Shown here: piece after piece, positions 1 through 10,002 of the stretch
Numbering within the stretch: the stretch's first letter is position 1
How the letters are laid out: every line of letters begins with the position of its first letter
NCBI GenBank assembly: GCA_965223945.1
Contig: CBDCXW010000008.1
Location: forward strand, 1,062,794 to 1,126,793
Direction of reading: 5' to 3'
Origin: Dehalococcoidia bacterium
GTDB taxonomy: Bacteria; Chloroflexota; Dehalococcoidia; Lucifugimonadales; CATQGZ01
Length of the DNA stretch: 64,000 nucleotides
The notes under the pieces: model-generated
Database searches by the model: none
Seen by the model: only the letters and a program-made list of their open reading frames with translations
What the model was told of the DNA's origin: nothing
Position numbers and translations under genes: made by a program

Positions 1-351
1 AATAGTAGTCTTTCCCGGAAGGAAAGGGCCGCCCCGCTTGAATCTCAAGGTGATGGTCTCCGCATAGCAATGGGCACAACCAGGGCTAACTTTGGTACAG
101 CCTGTTACGGGATTCCAGGTAGCGTCCGTCCACTCGATTGAGCTCTTATCTGACAATGCTCAGCCCCACACACTTACTTGATCTCGTCATTTAGAACAAA
201 GGTAGAACACACGTACGGACAAGTCAAGGCGAATTTGGAGCTTGGTTTGGCAAGTTGGGAGTAGGGACGGCCGCGTGGCCAGGGGGCCCGACGCCAGTCC
301 GTCGCACTATGATATAGTCCGCCGCGCAACCCCAGAGGCCCTGGAGGCTCC

Positions 352-1599
352 GTGAAGTACTCGCTGTTCAGCCTGGTCCGCAACGGACTGAGCCACCACG
401 AAAAGTGGCCTCGGGCCTGGCGCCACCCTGAGCCCAGGAGCGAGTACGAGGTCGTTGTCGTCGGCGGGGGCGGACACGGTCTGGCGACCGCTTACTATCT
501 CGCCAAGGTTCACGGCGTCACCAACGTGGCCGTCCTGGAGAAGGGCTACGTGGGCGGCGGAAACACGGGCAGGAACACAGAAGTGGTCCGCTCCAACTAC
601 CTCTGGGACGAGGCCGCTCACCTTTATGAGTTCTCGCTGAAGCTGTGGGAGGGTCTGAGCCTCGACCTCAACTTCAACCTGATGTACAGCAAGCGCGGGC
701 TTCTGAGTCTCGGCCACAGCCTCCAGGAGATGCGCGACATCGCCCGGCGGGTGCACGCGAACCGGTTGAACGGGATCGACAGCGAGCTATTGACCCCGCA
801 GGAGGTCAAGGAGATCGTGCCGATCATCAACATCTCCGAGGATTCCCGGTATCCGATCATGGGAGCCTCGTACCAGCGCAGGGGAGGGACCGCACGGCAC
901 GATGCGGTCGCGTGGGGGTTTGCGCGGGCGGCGGACGCGCGCGGCGTGGACGTTATCCAGCAGTGCGAGGTCACCGGGTTCCGCCAGGAGAACGGGCGCG
1001 TCGTTGGCGTCGACACCACGCGCGGATACATAGGCGCGAAGAAGGTAGCCGTGGTCACGGCGGGCAACTCGGGGGTACTGGCCAGCATGGCGGGCTTCCG
1101 GCTGCCTCTCGAGAGCCATCCCCTCCAGGCATGGGTAAGCGAGCCGATCAAGCCGGTGCTGCATTCTGTGGTCATGTCGAACGCGGTACACGCCTACATC
1201 AGCCAGACGGACCGTGGAGAGCTGCTCTCCGGAGCGGGCATCGACTCGTACAACGGCTATGGACAGCGCGGCAGCTTCAGCGTCCCGGAGCACGCCATGG
1301 CCGCCCTGGTCGAGCTGTTCCCAATCTTCAGCAGACTCAGAATGATGCGGCAGTGGGGCGGCATTGTCGACACGTGCCCGGACGCGTGTCCGATAATCAG
1401 CGCCACGCCGGTAGACGGGCTCTACTTCAACTGCGGCTGGGGCACGGGCGGGTACAAGGCGACGCCGGGATCGGGGTGGGTGTTCGCCCACATGCTGGCT
1501 ACCGGACGGCCGCACGAGCTCGCCGAGCCGTTTTCGCTGGACCGGTTCAGGACCGGCCACCTAATCGACGAGCACGGCGCGGCCGGGGTTGCCCACTAG
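352..1599 (+). CDS. soxB: sarcosine oxidase subunit beta (heterotetrameric type)
   Basis: 415-aa ORF with a GTG start a few nt after GGAGG. FAD dinucleotide fold [18 protein letters not shown]. Followed by delta, alpha and gamma subunits in canonical soxBDAG order. Confidence 0.9.
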   Translation: MKYSLFSLVRNGLSHHEKWPRAWRHPEPRSEYEVVVVGGGGHGLATAYYLAKVHGVTNVAVLEKGYVGGGNTGRNTEVVRSNYLWDEAAHLYEFSLKLWEGLSLDLNFNLMYSKRGLLSLGHSLQEMRDIARRVHANRLNGIDSELLTPQEVKEIVPIINISEDSRYPIMGASYQRRGGTARHDAVAWGFARAADARGVDVIQQCEVTGFRQENGRVVGVDTTRGYIGAKKVAVVTAGNSGVLASMAGFRLPLESHPLQAWVSEPIKPVLHSVVMSNAVHAYISQTDRGELLSGAGIDSYNGYGQRGSFSVPEHAMAALVELFPIFSRLRMMRQWGGIVDTCPDACPIISATPVDGLYFNCGWGTGGYKATPGSGWVFAHMLATGRPHELAEPFSLDRFRTGHLIDEHGAAGVAH

Positions 1600-1616
1600 C
1601 CGCGAACGAAAGACAG

Positions 1617-1898
1617 ATGCTGCTTATCGAGTGTCCCTGGTGCGGGGAGAGAGACGAGTCCGAATTCACCTACGGCGGTGAGGCCCACATCGTTCGCCCC
1701 GAAAACCCTGAGAGCGTTACCGACGCGGAATGGGGCGGCTACATCTTCTACCGCAAGAACCCGAAGGGAGACCACCTGGAGCAGTGGTGCCACTCCTCGG
1801 GCTGCAGGCGCTGGTTCAACGTACGCCGCGACACCATGACCTACCAGATCAAAGAGGTCTACGGCGTCGGTGATGCACCGGCCGGAGACGAGCGATGA
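1617..1898 (+). CDS. soxD: sarcosine oxidase subunit delta
   Basis: 93-aa product from an internal ATG in the frame of ORF 645..1898 (MLLIECPWCGERDESEFTYGGEAH...CHSSGC). Cys/His zinc motif typical of SoxD. Its stop overlaps the soxA ATG (ATGA). Confidence 0.85.
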   Translation: MLLIECPWCGERDESEFTYGGEAHIVRPENPESVTDAEWGGYIFYRKNPKGDHLEQWCHSSGCRRWFNVRRDTMTYQIKEVYGVGDAPAGDER

Positions 1899-4800
1899 CT
1901 CAGCTAAACAGGCTCCCGCGGGGAGGGCGCGTCGACCGCGGCCGGACGCTCGACTTCACGTTCAACGGCAGGAGCTACGAGGGGTTCCAGGGGGACACGC
2001 TCGCCTCGGCGCTTCTGGCGAATGGCGTGCGCCTTGTGGGCCGGAGCTTCAAGTACCACCGTCCGCGGGGCATCGTCGGGAGCGGCGTCGAGGAGCCCAA
2101 CGCGTTGGTCCAGCTAGGGACGGGCGCCCAGACTCTGCCCAACTACGTCGCTACTCAGGTCGAGCTCTACGACGGTCTGGAGGCGGCGAGCGTCAACTGC
2201 TGGCCGTCGGTGGGCTTCGATCTGCGCGCCGTCAACGGCGTCATATCGCGCTTCCTGCCGCCTGGCTTCTACTACAAGACATTCATGTGGCCGAGGTCGT
2301 TGTGGCCATTCTACGAGCGCGTGCTCCGAGGTGCCGGAGGGCTTGGAGTCGCGCCAACCGGGCCCGACGCGGACCGGTACGACAAGATGCATGCCCACTG
2401 CGACGTCCTGGTGGTCGGCGCGGGGCCGGCCGGCATCGCCGCCGCCCTGGAGGCCGGGCGCACCGGAGCGAGGGTAATCGTGGTCGACGAGCAGCAGGAG
2501 CCAGGAGGCAGCCTGCTGGCGAGCAGCCAGTTAATTGGGAACGAGCCTGCCGCGAGGTGGCTGGATTCGGCGCTTTCCGAGCTGAGGGACATGGGCGAGG
2601 TCCGCCTCATGCCTCGCAGCACGGCGTTCGGGTACTACGATCACAACTTTGTAACCGTGCTCGAACGGGTCACGGACCACCTTGGGCCGTCCGGAGGCAA
2701 CGTGCCGCGCCAGCGCATCTGGCGAGTGAGAGCGAAGCAGGTCGTACTGGCGACGGGTGCCATCGAGCGCCCGCTGGTCTTCCGAAACAACGACCGCCCC
2801 GGCGTCATGCTCCCTTCGGCGGTGTCTACCTACGTGAACCGCTATGGAGTAGCCCCGGGCCGCCGGGTCGTCGTGTTCACGAATAACGACAGCGCGTACC
2901 GTGCCGCGCTGGACCTCGTCGACGCGGGAGTCGACATGCGGGCCGTCGTCGACGTCCGGCCCGAGACTCGTGGCAAGTTGCCGGACATGGTTGCAGGCAG
3001 GGGAGTGGAGGTCCTCCCAGGCCACGTGCTGGTGGACGTTCGCGGCGGCAGGAGCGTTAAGGCGGTCGAGGTGGGACGCGTGGACGGAGGATCGGTCGCC
3101 GGCGGGTCTCGGCGAATCGAATGTGACCTGGTGGCTACGTCCGGGGGATGGAACCCGACGCTGAATCTGCATTCGCAGTCGGGCGGACAGCCCAAGTTCG
3201 ACGACTCCAGGTCGTGCTTTGTTCCCGGACCGTCCGTACAGGCGGAGCGTTCGGCCGGCTCGTGCAACGGCGCCTTCAGTCTGAGGGAGTGTCTCGCGCA
3301 GGGCTTTGCCGCGGGTTCGGAGGCAGCCGGCGCAGCCGGATTCGGCGATGGTCTGCCTTCCTCATCCGTACCGGAGACTGACGATCACGAGCAAGTTAAG
3401 ACAAGCACCTGCTGGGTCGTGCCGGGAACGAGTCCGGCGGGGAGGGACCGCAAGCGCTTCGTCGACCTGCAGACCGACACGACCCTGGCCGACATAGCGG
3501 TCTCCGCCCGCGAGGGGTACGAGCTGATCGAGCACGTCAAGCGCTACACCACGCTGGGGATGGGTACGGACCAGGGCCGAACGGGCGCGGTCAACGGCAT
3601 CGGCGCGCTCGCCGAAATACTCGACAGGCCGATCTCGGAAATAGGGACCACGACGTTCCGGCAGCCATACACGCCGGTCACCTTCGGCGCTATGGCGGGC
3701 CGCGACCTGGGCGAGCTCTTCGACCCTGTCCGGAAGACGGCGATGCACGAGTGGCACGTCCAGGCCGGGGCGGAGTTAGAGGACGTTGGCCAGTGGAAGC
3801 GCCCCTGGTACTACCCCCGGCCGGGCGAGTCGATGCGCGACGCGGTCAATAGGGAGTGCCTCGCCGTGCGGAACGCGGTCGGGGTCCTCGATGCGTCGAC
3901 CCTTGGGAAGATCGACGTCAGGGGGCCGGACGCAGCGACGTTCCTGAACCGTGTCTACATTAATGGATGGACGAAGCTCGGCATTGGGCGCTGCCGCTAC
4001 GGCTTCATGCTCAACGAAGAGGGCATGCTGCTCGACGACGGCGTCACCGCGCGGCTCGCCGAGTACCACTTCCTGATGCACACGACAAGCTCTGGAGCGG
4101 CCGCCGTGATGGCGTGGCTCGAGCGGTGGCTGCAGACCGAGTGGCCGTACCTCAAGGTGTATCTGACGTCGGTGACCGACCACTGGGCCACCGTGTCGAT
4201 CAACGGGCCGCACGCTCGCCGGGTCATGGAGAAGCTGTGCGGCGACGTGGACCTTTCGAACGAGGCGTTTCCCTTCATGTCGGTCCGCAACGGCACCGTG
4301 GCGGGAATCCCGGCCCGCATCTTCCGGATCAGCTTCGCCGGCGAGATGTGCTTCGAGGTCAACGTCGACGCCAACTACGGCCTGCAGATATGGGAGGCGG
4401 TGATGGAGGCCGGCGAGGAGTTCGGCATCACCCCGTTCGGTACTGAGGCGATGCACCTCCTGAGGGCGGAGAAGGGCTACGTGATCGTGGGGCAGGACAC
4501 CGACGGCTCGATGACGCCGGTCGATATCGGCGTAGGGGGCATGGTGTCGCGGCGCAAGGACTTCCTGGGCAAACGGTCGCTGTCAATGGAGCACCTCGTG
4601 CGGGACGACCGGAAGCAGCTCGTTGGTCTGCTCACCGAAGACGACCAGGAGGTGCTGCCCGAGGGAGGCCAGATCGTCGACGACACGTCCGCGCCAACGC
4701 CGGTCCCGATGCTGGGCCACGTGACCTCCAGCTACTATAGCGTGAACCTTGGGCGCTCCATCGCGCTGGGAGTCGTGAAGGGCGGACGGGCCCGTGAAGG

Positions 4801-4903
4801 CGATGTGGTCTACGTGCCCCTCGCGGGCGGGCGCTCGATCGCGGCGCGAATCGCGAGTCCATCTTTCTACGATTCGAAGGGGGACAGGCAGAATGTCGAC
4901 TGA
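1895..4903 (+). CDS. soxA: sarcosine oxidase subunit alpha
   Basis: 1002 aa. N-terminal FTFNGRSYEGFQGDTLASALLANG, nucleotide fold VLVVGAGPAGIAAA, and a C-terminal GcvT-like folate-binding region. Confidence 0.9.
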   Translation: MTQLNRLPRGGRVDRGRTLDFTFNGRSYEGFQGDTLASALLANGVRLVGRSFKYHRPRGIVGSGVEEPNALVQLGTGAQTLPNYVATQVELYDGLEAASVNCWPSVGFDLRAVNGVISRFLPPGFYYKTFMWPRSLWPFYERVLRGAGGLGVAPTGPDADRYDKMHAHCDVLVVGAGPAGIAAALEAGRTGARVIVVDEQQEPGGSLLASSQLIGNEPAARWLDSALSELRDMGEVRLMPRSTAFGYYDHNFVTVLERVTDHLGPSGGNVPRQRIWRVRAKQVVLATGAIERPLVFRNNDRPGVMLPSAVSTYVNRYGVAPGRRVVVFTNNDSAYRAALDLVDAGVDMRAVVDVRPETRGKLPDMVAGRGVEVLPGHVLVDVRGGRSVKAVEVGRVDGGSVAGGSRRIECDLVATSGGWNPTLNLHSQSGGQPKFDDSRSCFVPGPSVQAERSAGSCNGAFSLRECLAQGFAAGSEAAGAAGFGDGLPSSSVPETDDHEQVKTSTCWVVPGTSPAGRDRKRFVDLQTDTTLADIAVSAREGYELIEHVKRYTTLGMGTDQGRTGAVNGIGALAEILDRPISEIGTTTFRQPYTPVTFGAMAGRDLGELFDPVRKTAMHEWHVQAGAELEDVGQWKRPWYYPRPGESMRDAVNRECLAVRNAVGVLDASTLGKIDVRGPDAATFLNRVYINGWTKLGIGRCRYGFMLNEEGMLLDDGVTARLAEYHFLMHTTSSGAAAVMAWLERWLQTEWPYLKVYLTSVTDHWATVSINGPHARRVMEKLCGDVDLSNEAFPFMSVRNGTVAGIPARIFRISFAGEMCFEVNVDANYGLQIWEAVMEAGEEFGITPFGTEAMHLLRAEKGYVIVGQDTDGSMTPVDIGVGGMVSRRKDFLGKRSLSMEHLVRDDRKQLVGLLTEDDQEVLPEGGQIVDDTSAPTPVPMLGHVTSSYYSVNLGRSIALGVVKGGRAREGDVVYVPLAGGRSIAARIASPSFYDSKGDRQNVD

Positions 4904-5528
4904 CGGGACAGGACGCCAGTCCCCGTTGAGCCGCTTCTTTCGCACGGTGGGCGCCGCCAGTCGGGCTGAAGACGCCGCGGTCGTCATCTCTGAGCGGCCG
5001 TTCCTGGGGCACCTGAACCTGCGGGGCGACCCCGAAGACGCGGGCTTCTCGAGCGCGGCAGCGGCCGTCCTGGGACTCGCCCTGCCGACGGAGCCCAACA
5101 CGGCGGCCGTCAACGGCGAGATGCTGGCCCTATGGCTCGGGCCGGACGAGTGGCTTGTCGTCACGCCTCCGAGTGCTCAGACCCGGCTTTCCGACTCGCT
5201 CGAAGCCGCCCTGAGCGCCACGCACGCCGCCGTCACCGACGTGACCGGCGGCCAGACGGTGATAACACTCAGCGGCTCCAGGGCCCGCGACGTCTTGGCC
5301 AAGGGCTGTCCGCTCGACCTCCACCCCGCGGTCTTCAAGCCCGGCCACTGCGCCCAGACTCTCGTAGCGAAGGCCAACGTGACGATCCGCTGCGTTGATG
5401 ACTCGCCCTCATTCGAGCTGATCGTTCGCCGAAGCTTCGCCGAGTACGTGGCCCTCTGGCTCCACGACGCCGCGCAGGAATACGGCCCCTCCGTCGTACC
5501 GCCGTCGTTCCGCGCCGGTGCGAGTTAG
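4893..5528 (+). CDS. soxG: sarcosine oxidase subunit gamma
   Basis: Internal ATG (codon 34 of ORF 4794..5528) overlaps the soxA stop. About 211 aa, in the position and of the size expected for SoxG. Confidence 0.75.
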   Translation: MSTDGTGRQSPLSRFFRTVGAASRAEDAAVVISERPFLGHLNLRGDPEDAGFSSAAAAVLGLALPTEPNTAAVNGEMLALWLGPDEWLVVTPPSAQTRLSDSLEAALSATHAAVTDVTGGQTVITLSGSRARDVLAKGCPLDLHPAVFKPGHCAQTLVAKANVTIRCVDDSPSFELIVRRSFAEYVALWLHDAAQEYGPSVVPPSFRAGAS

Positions 5529-5589
5529 GGATACAATACACCCGCGTCGTCGCCAGTCGACGACACCCATCCCGAGAGGAGTTTCACGC

Positions 5590-6696
5590 ATGGAATTCAA
5601 GCTAGCTGTACTGCCCGGGGACGGCATCGGCCCCGATGTCATCGCGGAGGCCGTCAGGGTCCTGGAGGCGGTCGGCCGCCGGTTCGGCCACGATTTCGAG
5701 CTAAGCGAGGGGGCCATCGGCGGCAACGCGATCGATTCGACGGGAACGGCCCTCCCGGACGAGACCCAGGAGCTCTGCGACCAGGCGGACGCCGTGCTGT
5801 TCGGCGCCGTCGGCGGTCCGAAGTGGGACGACCCCAAGGCCTCGGTCCGGCCCGAGGACGGCATCCTCGGAATACGCCGGAGCATGGGCCTCTTCGCGAA
5901 CCTCAGGCCGGTCAAGGTTGAGCCCGCGCTGGCAAACGTCAGCCCGATCAAGAGGGACCGGCTTGAAGGCGTGGACATGATAGTGGTGCGCGAGCTGACC
6001 GGCGGCCTCTACTTCGCCAAGCCCAAGAAGCGCTGGCAGACCTCCCGCGGCCAGAGGGCTGTGGACACGCTGCGGTACACCGAGGAGGAGATAGTCCGCA
6101 TCCTCCGCGTGGGGTTCGAGCTGGCTAAGGCGCGACGGAAGCGCCTGACGTCGGTCGACAAGGCCAACGTACTCGAAACAGGACGGCTCTGGCGGGAGAT
6201 AGCCACCAGGATGGAGCAGGACTATCCGGATGTCGAGGTCGAGCACGTCCTGGTCGACGCCGCCGCCATGCAGCTCATCATGCGCCCGGCGCACTTCGAC
6301 GTGATCGTAGCCGAAAACACCTTCGGGGACATCCTCACGGACGAGGCCTCGGTGCTTTCGGGGTCGCTCGGAATGCTGCCATCGGCGAGCTTGGCCGGCC
6401 TGCCCGACCACGGCTCGGGGAAGTCGTCTCGACGCTCCGCCAAGGGTCTGTACGAGCCGATCCACGGCAGCGCCCCGGACATAGCGGGGCAGGGGATAGC
6501 CAATCCGATCGGCACGATACTCAGCCTGGCGCTGCTGCTGCGTCACTCGCTCGGGCTCGAAGACGAGGCCCAGGCGATCGAGCAGGCCGTGCAGGGCGTG
6601 CTGGCCGAGGGCTACCGCACCAGGGACATCGCCGGGGACGGCGGCGACGTGGTCGGGACGCGGCAGATGGGCTCGGTGATCGCCGGAAGGGTGTGA
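5590..6696 (+). CDS. leuB: 3-isopropylmalate dehydrogenase
   Basis: [18 protein letters not shown]-terminus (codon 25 of ORF 5518..6696). Contains the [21 protein letters not shown] motif. Confidence 0.9.
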   Translation: MEFKLAVLPGDGIGPDVIAEAVRVLEAVGRRFGHDFELSEGAIGGNAIDSTGTALPDETQELCDQADAVLFGAVGGPKWDDPKASVRPEDGILGIRRSMGLFANLRPVKVEPALANVSPIKRDRLEGVDMIVVRELTGGLYFAKPKKRWQTSRGQRAVDTLRYTEEEIVRILRVGFELAKARRKRLTSVDKANVLETGRLWREIATRMEQDYPDVEVEHVLVDAAAMQLIMRPAHFDVIVAENTFGDILTDEASVLSGSLGMLPSASLAGLPDHGSGKSSRRSAKGLYEPIHGSAPDIAGQGIANPIGTILSLALLLRHSLGLEDEAQAIEQAVQGVLAEGYRTRDIAGDGGDVVGTRQMGSVIAGRV

Positions 6697-6698
6697 CG

Positions 6699-6714
6699 CG
6701 CCGCAGCTGCGGCG
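6699..6714 (+). terminator. GC-rich palindrome CGCCGCAG/CTGCGGCG just after the leuB stop
   Basis: Perfect 16-bp palindrome 3 nt after the TGA, between convergent genes. No U-tract follows. Confidence 0.3.
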
Positions 6715-6748
6715 TCCTCTCCGCCCAGGGAGTAGGGGGCTTTGGGAC

Positions 6749-6949
6749 CTAGGGCACGTATATGCTTGATGGCAGTGGGCGCCCCCGATCCTCGTAGATT
6801 TCCACCACCGCGGCAAAGGCGTCCTCTGCGTTCGCCAGGGCTTCGGCTATGGTGTCGCCCTCGGTTATCAACTCCGGCAATGGCGGAGAGGTAACGGTGT
6901 ATCCCCCTTCTGGCTGGGGGTCCAGGAGCAGAGGTATCCTTGCCATCAT
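6749..6949 (-). CDS. HicB-like antitoxin (UPF0150 fold), orphan
   Basis: MMARIPLLLDPQPEGGYTVTSPPLPELITEGDTIAEALANAEDAF resembles the HicB N-terminal domain. No hicA partner lies on either side. Confidence 0.55.
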   Translation of the reverse strand: MMARIPLLLDPQPEGGYTVTSPPLPELITEGDTIAEALANAEDAFAAVVEIYEDRGRPLPSSIYVP

Positions 6950-7061
6950 CGCCCAGCTCCCGGTGCTCTCTCCAAGTCCCGCCGCCGCGTCTTCCTCTAA
7001 GCGACTGTAGCAGTGCGCGGCGGGTTCGGGCAATGAGAATAGCCTGCCCCGGAGGTTCCTA

Positions 7062-8268
7062 GTACCGTTTCAATCTGACTATGATGGATAGATGTGTTGA
7101 AGTTTAGTACGAGCGTCCTGAGTGGAGAAGCGCCAGTCTATGACGGCGACAGCCTCATTGCGCTTACGTTCCAGCGCCGAGACCTCTCGCTTCAGTATCA
7201 CCTCGTCGCTGATTCGACGGTTGAGACACTGGTTGCTAAATACGCTCAACTCTATCTCAGCCATGTTCAGCCAACTGCCGTGTAGAGGAGTGTAGTGGAA
7301 CTCCAGGCGCTTGGCGATGCGCCGCGCTTCGGTTGGCTTGAAGGCATCGTACAACGAGCCCAGCTTGTGAGTGTTGAGGTTGTCCAGCACCAACCGTATC
7401 GTCTCTGTGTGAGGGTATGCATCATCAACCAGCCACCTCATCTGATGAGCGAAGTCCACAGCAGTGCGCCGCTCGGTCACCTCGACATGCCGCCAGCCAG
7501 CTTTCGGCTCACAGAACATGAACAGGTTTCGAGTGCCGTTTCGCTTGTACTCGTAGTCATATCGTTCCACCCGACCCGGCTTGGCCCCGATGACCGGTCT
7601 CTTATCGGCCACCAGTTGCCTGGATGTCTCGTCGAAACAGACCACGGGATGGTCCGGGTCGTAGTCTGCGTGGTACAGGTCCAGCACGTCCTCCATTCGA
7701 GCCACGAACTCCCCGCTCACCTCCGGGATGCACCACTCCTTCTTCTTCCACGGCTTGAGTTCGTTTTTTTGAGTATCTGGCGCACCGTCTCGAGGGAGAT
7801 GCTCTCGGCAAACCCCATCGCCACCACCTTGTCGGCAAGCAGTTGGATCGTCCAATCCGCGTGTCCTTCGGGTGCGTCGCTGCACGCGATGGCTATCAGA
7901 TGTGCTTCCTGTCTGCCGTCCAACTTACGCTTCTGTCCCGGTCGAGGGCGCTCATTGAGTGCGCTGTCGAGTTCCTCCTTCACAAACCGCGTGCGCACAC
8001 GTCCCACCGTGGATGCGCTTATCAATAGGCCGCTGGCGATGTCACGGTCGGTCATGCCTTCGTCCGCCTTCAGCAACACCAGCGCTCGCTTGACCTTACG
8101 GGCCGAAGTCTCGCCACGACTCGCCATCTGCTTGAGATGTGTCCGTTCCGACTCGTTCAACTCCACCTTGTACTTGAGAGCAGCCATGTCTTCGTATGTC
8201 CTCTCTATAGGATCATACATAAGACTAACCTATTTCTTATACTTGTCAAATACACATGGAACCGGTAC
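7062..8268 (-). mobile_element. IS630-family insertion sequence, complete
   Basis: Imperfect terminal inverted repeats: GTACCGTTTCAATCTG (7062-) and the reverse complement of the right end, GTACCGGTTCCATGTG (-8268). Flanked by TA at 7060-7061 and 8269-8270. Length of about 1.2 kb is typical of the family. Confidence 0.9.
7079..8220 (-). CDS. IS630-family DDE transposase made from two frames by -1 frameshift
   Basis: The HTH frame (7717..8220) and the DDE frame (7079..7885) overlap. An A7 slippery run lies at 7764-7770 (minus strand). The reading ...RQILKK then continues NELKPWKKKEWCIPE in the -1 frame. Confidence 0.88.
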
Positions 8269-9317
8269 TAGTCCAGCCCGAGCTCTGCTGACAGGCCGTA
8301 CTCGCGTGCCAGGCTCGCCAGCCGCTGCCATGTGGCATCCTCAACGTCGATGCCTTCGACGCGGAGCCTCTGCTCGCGCAGGTGCTCCAGCTCGCCGGGG
8401 TAGTAGATCCTGTCGAAGCCCTTCGCAGGGGCCGAGCTCTTCAGGTAGGCCGCGAAGTCCGCGACCTCTCGCTTGAACTCGTCGAGCGGCGTGAACGCGC
8501 CGACATCGAAGACGGTCATGAAGCAGCCGTCGTTGTGCCTGCCCGACGGCTCATGCCCGAAACCCAGGCCGGGCAGCACGCCCGAGAGTATTTCGACCAT
8601 GGCTGAGAGCCCGTAGCCTTTGTGGCCCTCGGTCCCGCCCAGCGGGAGCATGGCCCCGTCGGCGCGATCACGGGGGTCTGTGCTTGGATTCCCATCCCTG
8701 TCCAGCAGCCAGCCCTCCGGGATCGACTCGCCCCGCGCCGCCGCCAGGATCAGCTTGCCGCCCGCGACCGCGCTGGTCGCCATGTCGACGAACATCGGGC
8801 CGTCCAGGTCGCTGGGTATTGCGATGCATATCGGGTTCGTGCCGAGGCGCGGCTCGCGTCCGCCGAAGGGGACGACGGACTTCGCCGAGCGGCCCGAGTC
8901 GGCGGTCATCATACCGATCATGTCGGCCCCGGCAGCCATCAGGGGGTAGTCGGCCACCCGCCCGACGTGTCCCTGCCGCCGCACCGTGGCGGCTGCGACG
9001 CCGGTGCGGCGGGCCTTGTCGATAGTCATTCGCATTACGTACTCGGAGACGACGAATCCAAACCCCCAGTTGCCGTCCACGACGGTCGTCGCCGCCGTCT
9101 CCTGGACGATCTCGACAGGCGCGCCCGCAACGATGTGGCCGACCTTCATACGGTCTATGTAGGTCGGGATTGCGATGATGCCGTGTGAGTCGTGTCCGGC
9201 GAGGTTCGCTCCGATGCAGTGCCGCGCAACTGTCGAAGCCTCGTCGCGGCTTGCCCCGGCGGCCTGAAGCAGCCTGCTCGCGATCTCGGTAAGCCTTTCA
9301 GCCTGCACTCTAGGCAT
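8268..9317 (-). CDS. Ldh2-family (malate/L-lactate/sulfolactate/ureidoglycolate-type) dehydrogenase
   Basis: 349 aa with GANLAGHDSHGII, the family HxSHG motif. Substrate cannot be assigned. Confidence 0.8.
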   Translation of the reverse strand: MPRVQAERLTEIASRLLQAAGASRDEASTVARHCIGANLAGHDSHGIIAIPTYIDRMKVGHIVAGAPVEIVQETAATTVVDGNWGFGFVVSEYVMRMTIDKARRTGVAAATVRRQGHVGRVADYPLMAAGADMIGMMTADSGRSAKSVVPFGGREPRLGTNPICIAIPSDLDGPMFVDMATSAVAGGKLILAAARGESIPEGWLLDRDGNPSTDPRDRADGAMLPLGGTEGHKGYGLSAMVEILSGVLPGLGFGHEPSGRHNDGCFMTVFDVGAFTPLDEFKREVADFAAYLKSSAPAKGFDRIYYPGELEHLREQRLRVEGIDVEDATWQRLASLAREYGLSAELGLD

Positions 9318-9628
9318 TGTTCGTCCTCCATACTGTCGTCCCTGGCGCCGGTGAAACTTAGACCCCTTCCGACAGGTGTGTCAAGCAAGCCGCCCCGTCG
9401 TTCCGGCCCTTGGACTCCGGTTTGCGCCGGAGGGACGATGTGAAGCCCAACCGTATCCGCCGCCGATCAGCGGTCGAAAGGGCCTGGAGTGGCTCCGATA
9501 GAAGGACGGTAGATCGCGGCGGAAGGTAGAACGTCTACAGAAATCGTCACAAGCTCAGTGACAGTGATACGTTATGGTATCTCGCTCAGATGTCGATAAA
9601 TCTCGTCTGAAAACGGCCCTTCTAGTGC

Positions 9629-9658
9629 TTGACAGCCGATCAAACCCTCTGCTAATCT
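9629..9658 (+). promoter_or_regulatory. sigma70-like promoter TTGACA-18-TAATCT
   Basis: TTGACA at 9629-9634 and TAATCT at 9653-9658, about 60 nt upstream of the small ORF at 9721. Confidence 0.35.
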
Positions 9659-9720
9659 TGCCGTCGATTTAGGGAACCACATCAGTTCATGCGACGGAAT
9701 TCGAAGGAGACAGCAGGTTG

Positions 9721-9987
9721 ATGAAAACCAGAGAAACCGATACGCAGCTCATGGACCCGGAGGTCCAGGTCTGCCACCACCACTGGGTAATCGATCGGCC
9801 CAACGGGCCGACCAGCCGCGGACTCTGTCGGACCTGCGGCGAGAGGCGCGACTTCCTGAACTACTCCGAGGGGTCTGCCTGGGGAAGCGACGTGTCCTTC
9901 GATCAGCTCTCCGGTGGCTCTCGGGTACCTACCCGGATGGATCTGGGCATCGGCGCGAGGTTCTCGGACCACGACGACGAGAGCTGA
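9721..9987 (+). CDS. small putative zinc-ribbon protein, unknown function
   Basis: 88 aa. CHHHW...CRTCGERRDF gives a Cys/His cluster plus CxxC. GGAG lies upstream. TTG at 9718 is an alternative start. Confidence 0.5.
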   Translation: MKTRETDTQLMDPEVQVCHHHWVIDRPNGPTSRGLCRTCGERRDFLNYSEGSAWGSDVSFDQLSGGSRVPTRMDLGIGARFSDHDDES

Positions 9988-10002
9988 CCCGCCAGGCGTC
10001 GG

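Noticed and set aside
1-351. A glycine or THF riboswitch in the soxB leader.
   Set aside because: No conserved riboswitch core sequences were recognisable by eye. Only the weak heptamer array noted above was seen.
645-1616. Long ORFs overlapping real genes in other frames or on the opposite strand (for example the 5' part of 645..1898, plus 787..1560, 16117..17529, 24164..25900, 44359..45390, 53579..54580).
   Set aside because: These are typical high-GC shadow ORFs. Their products are Arg/Pro/Gly-rich with no motifs, and each is fully covered by a gene with clear family signatures.
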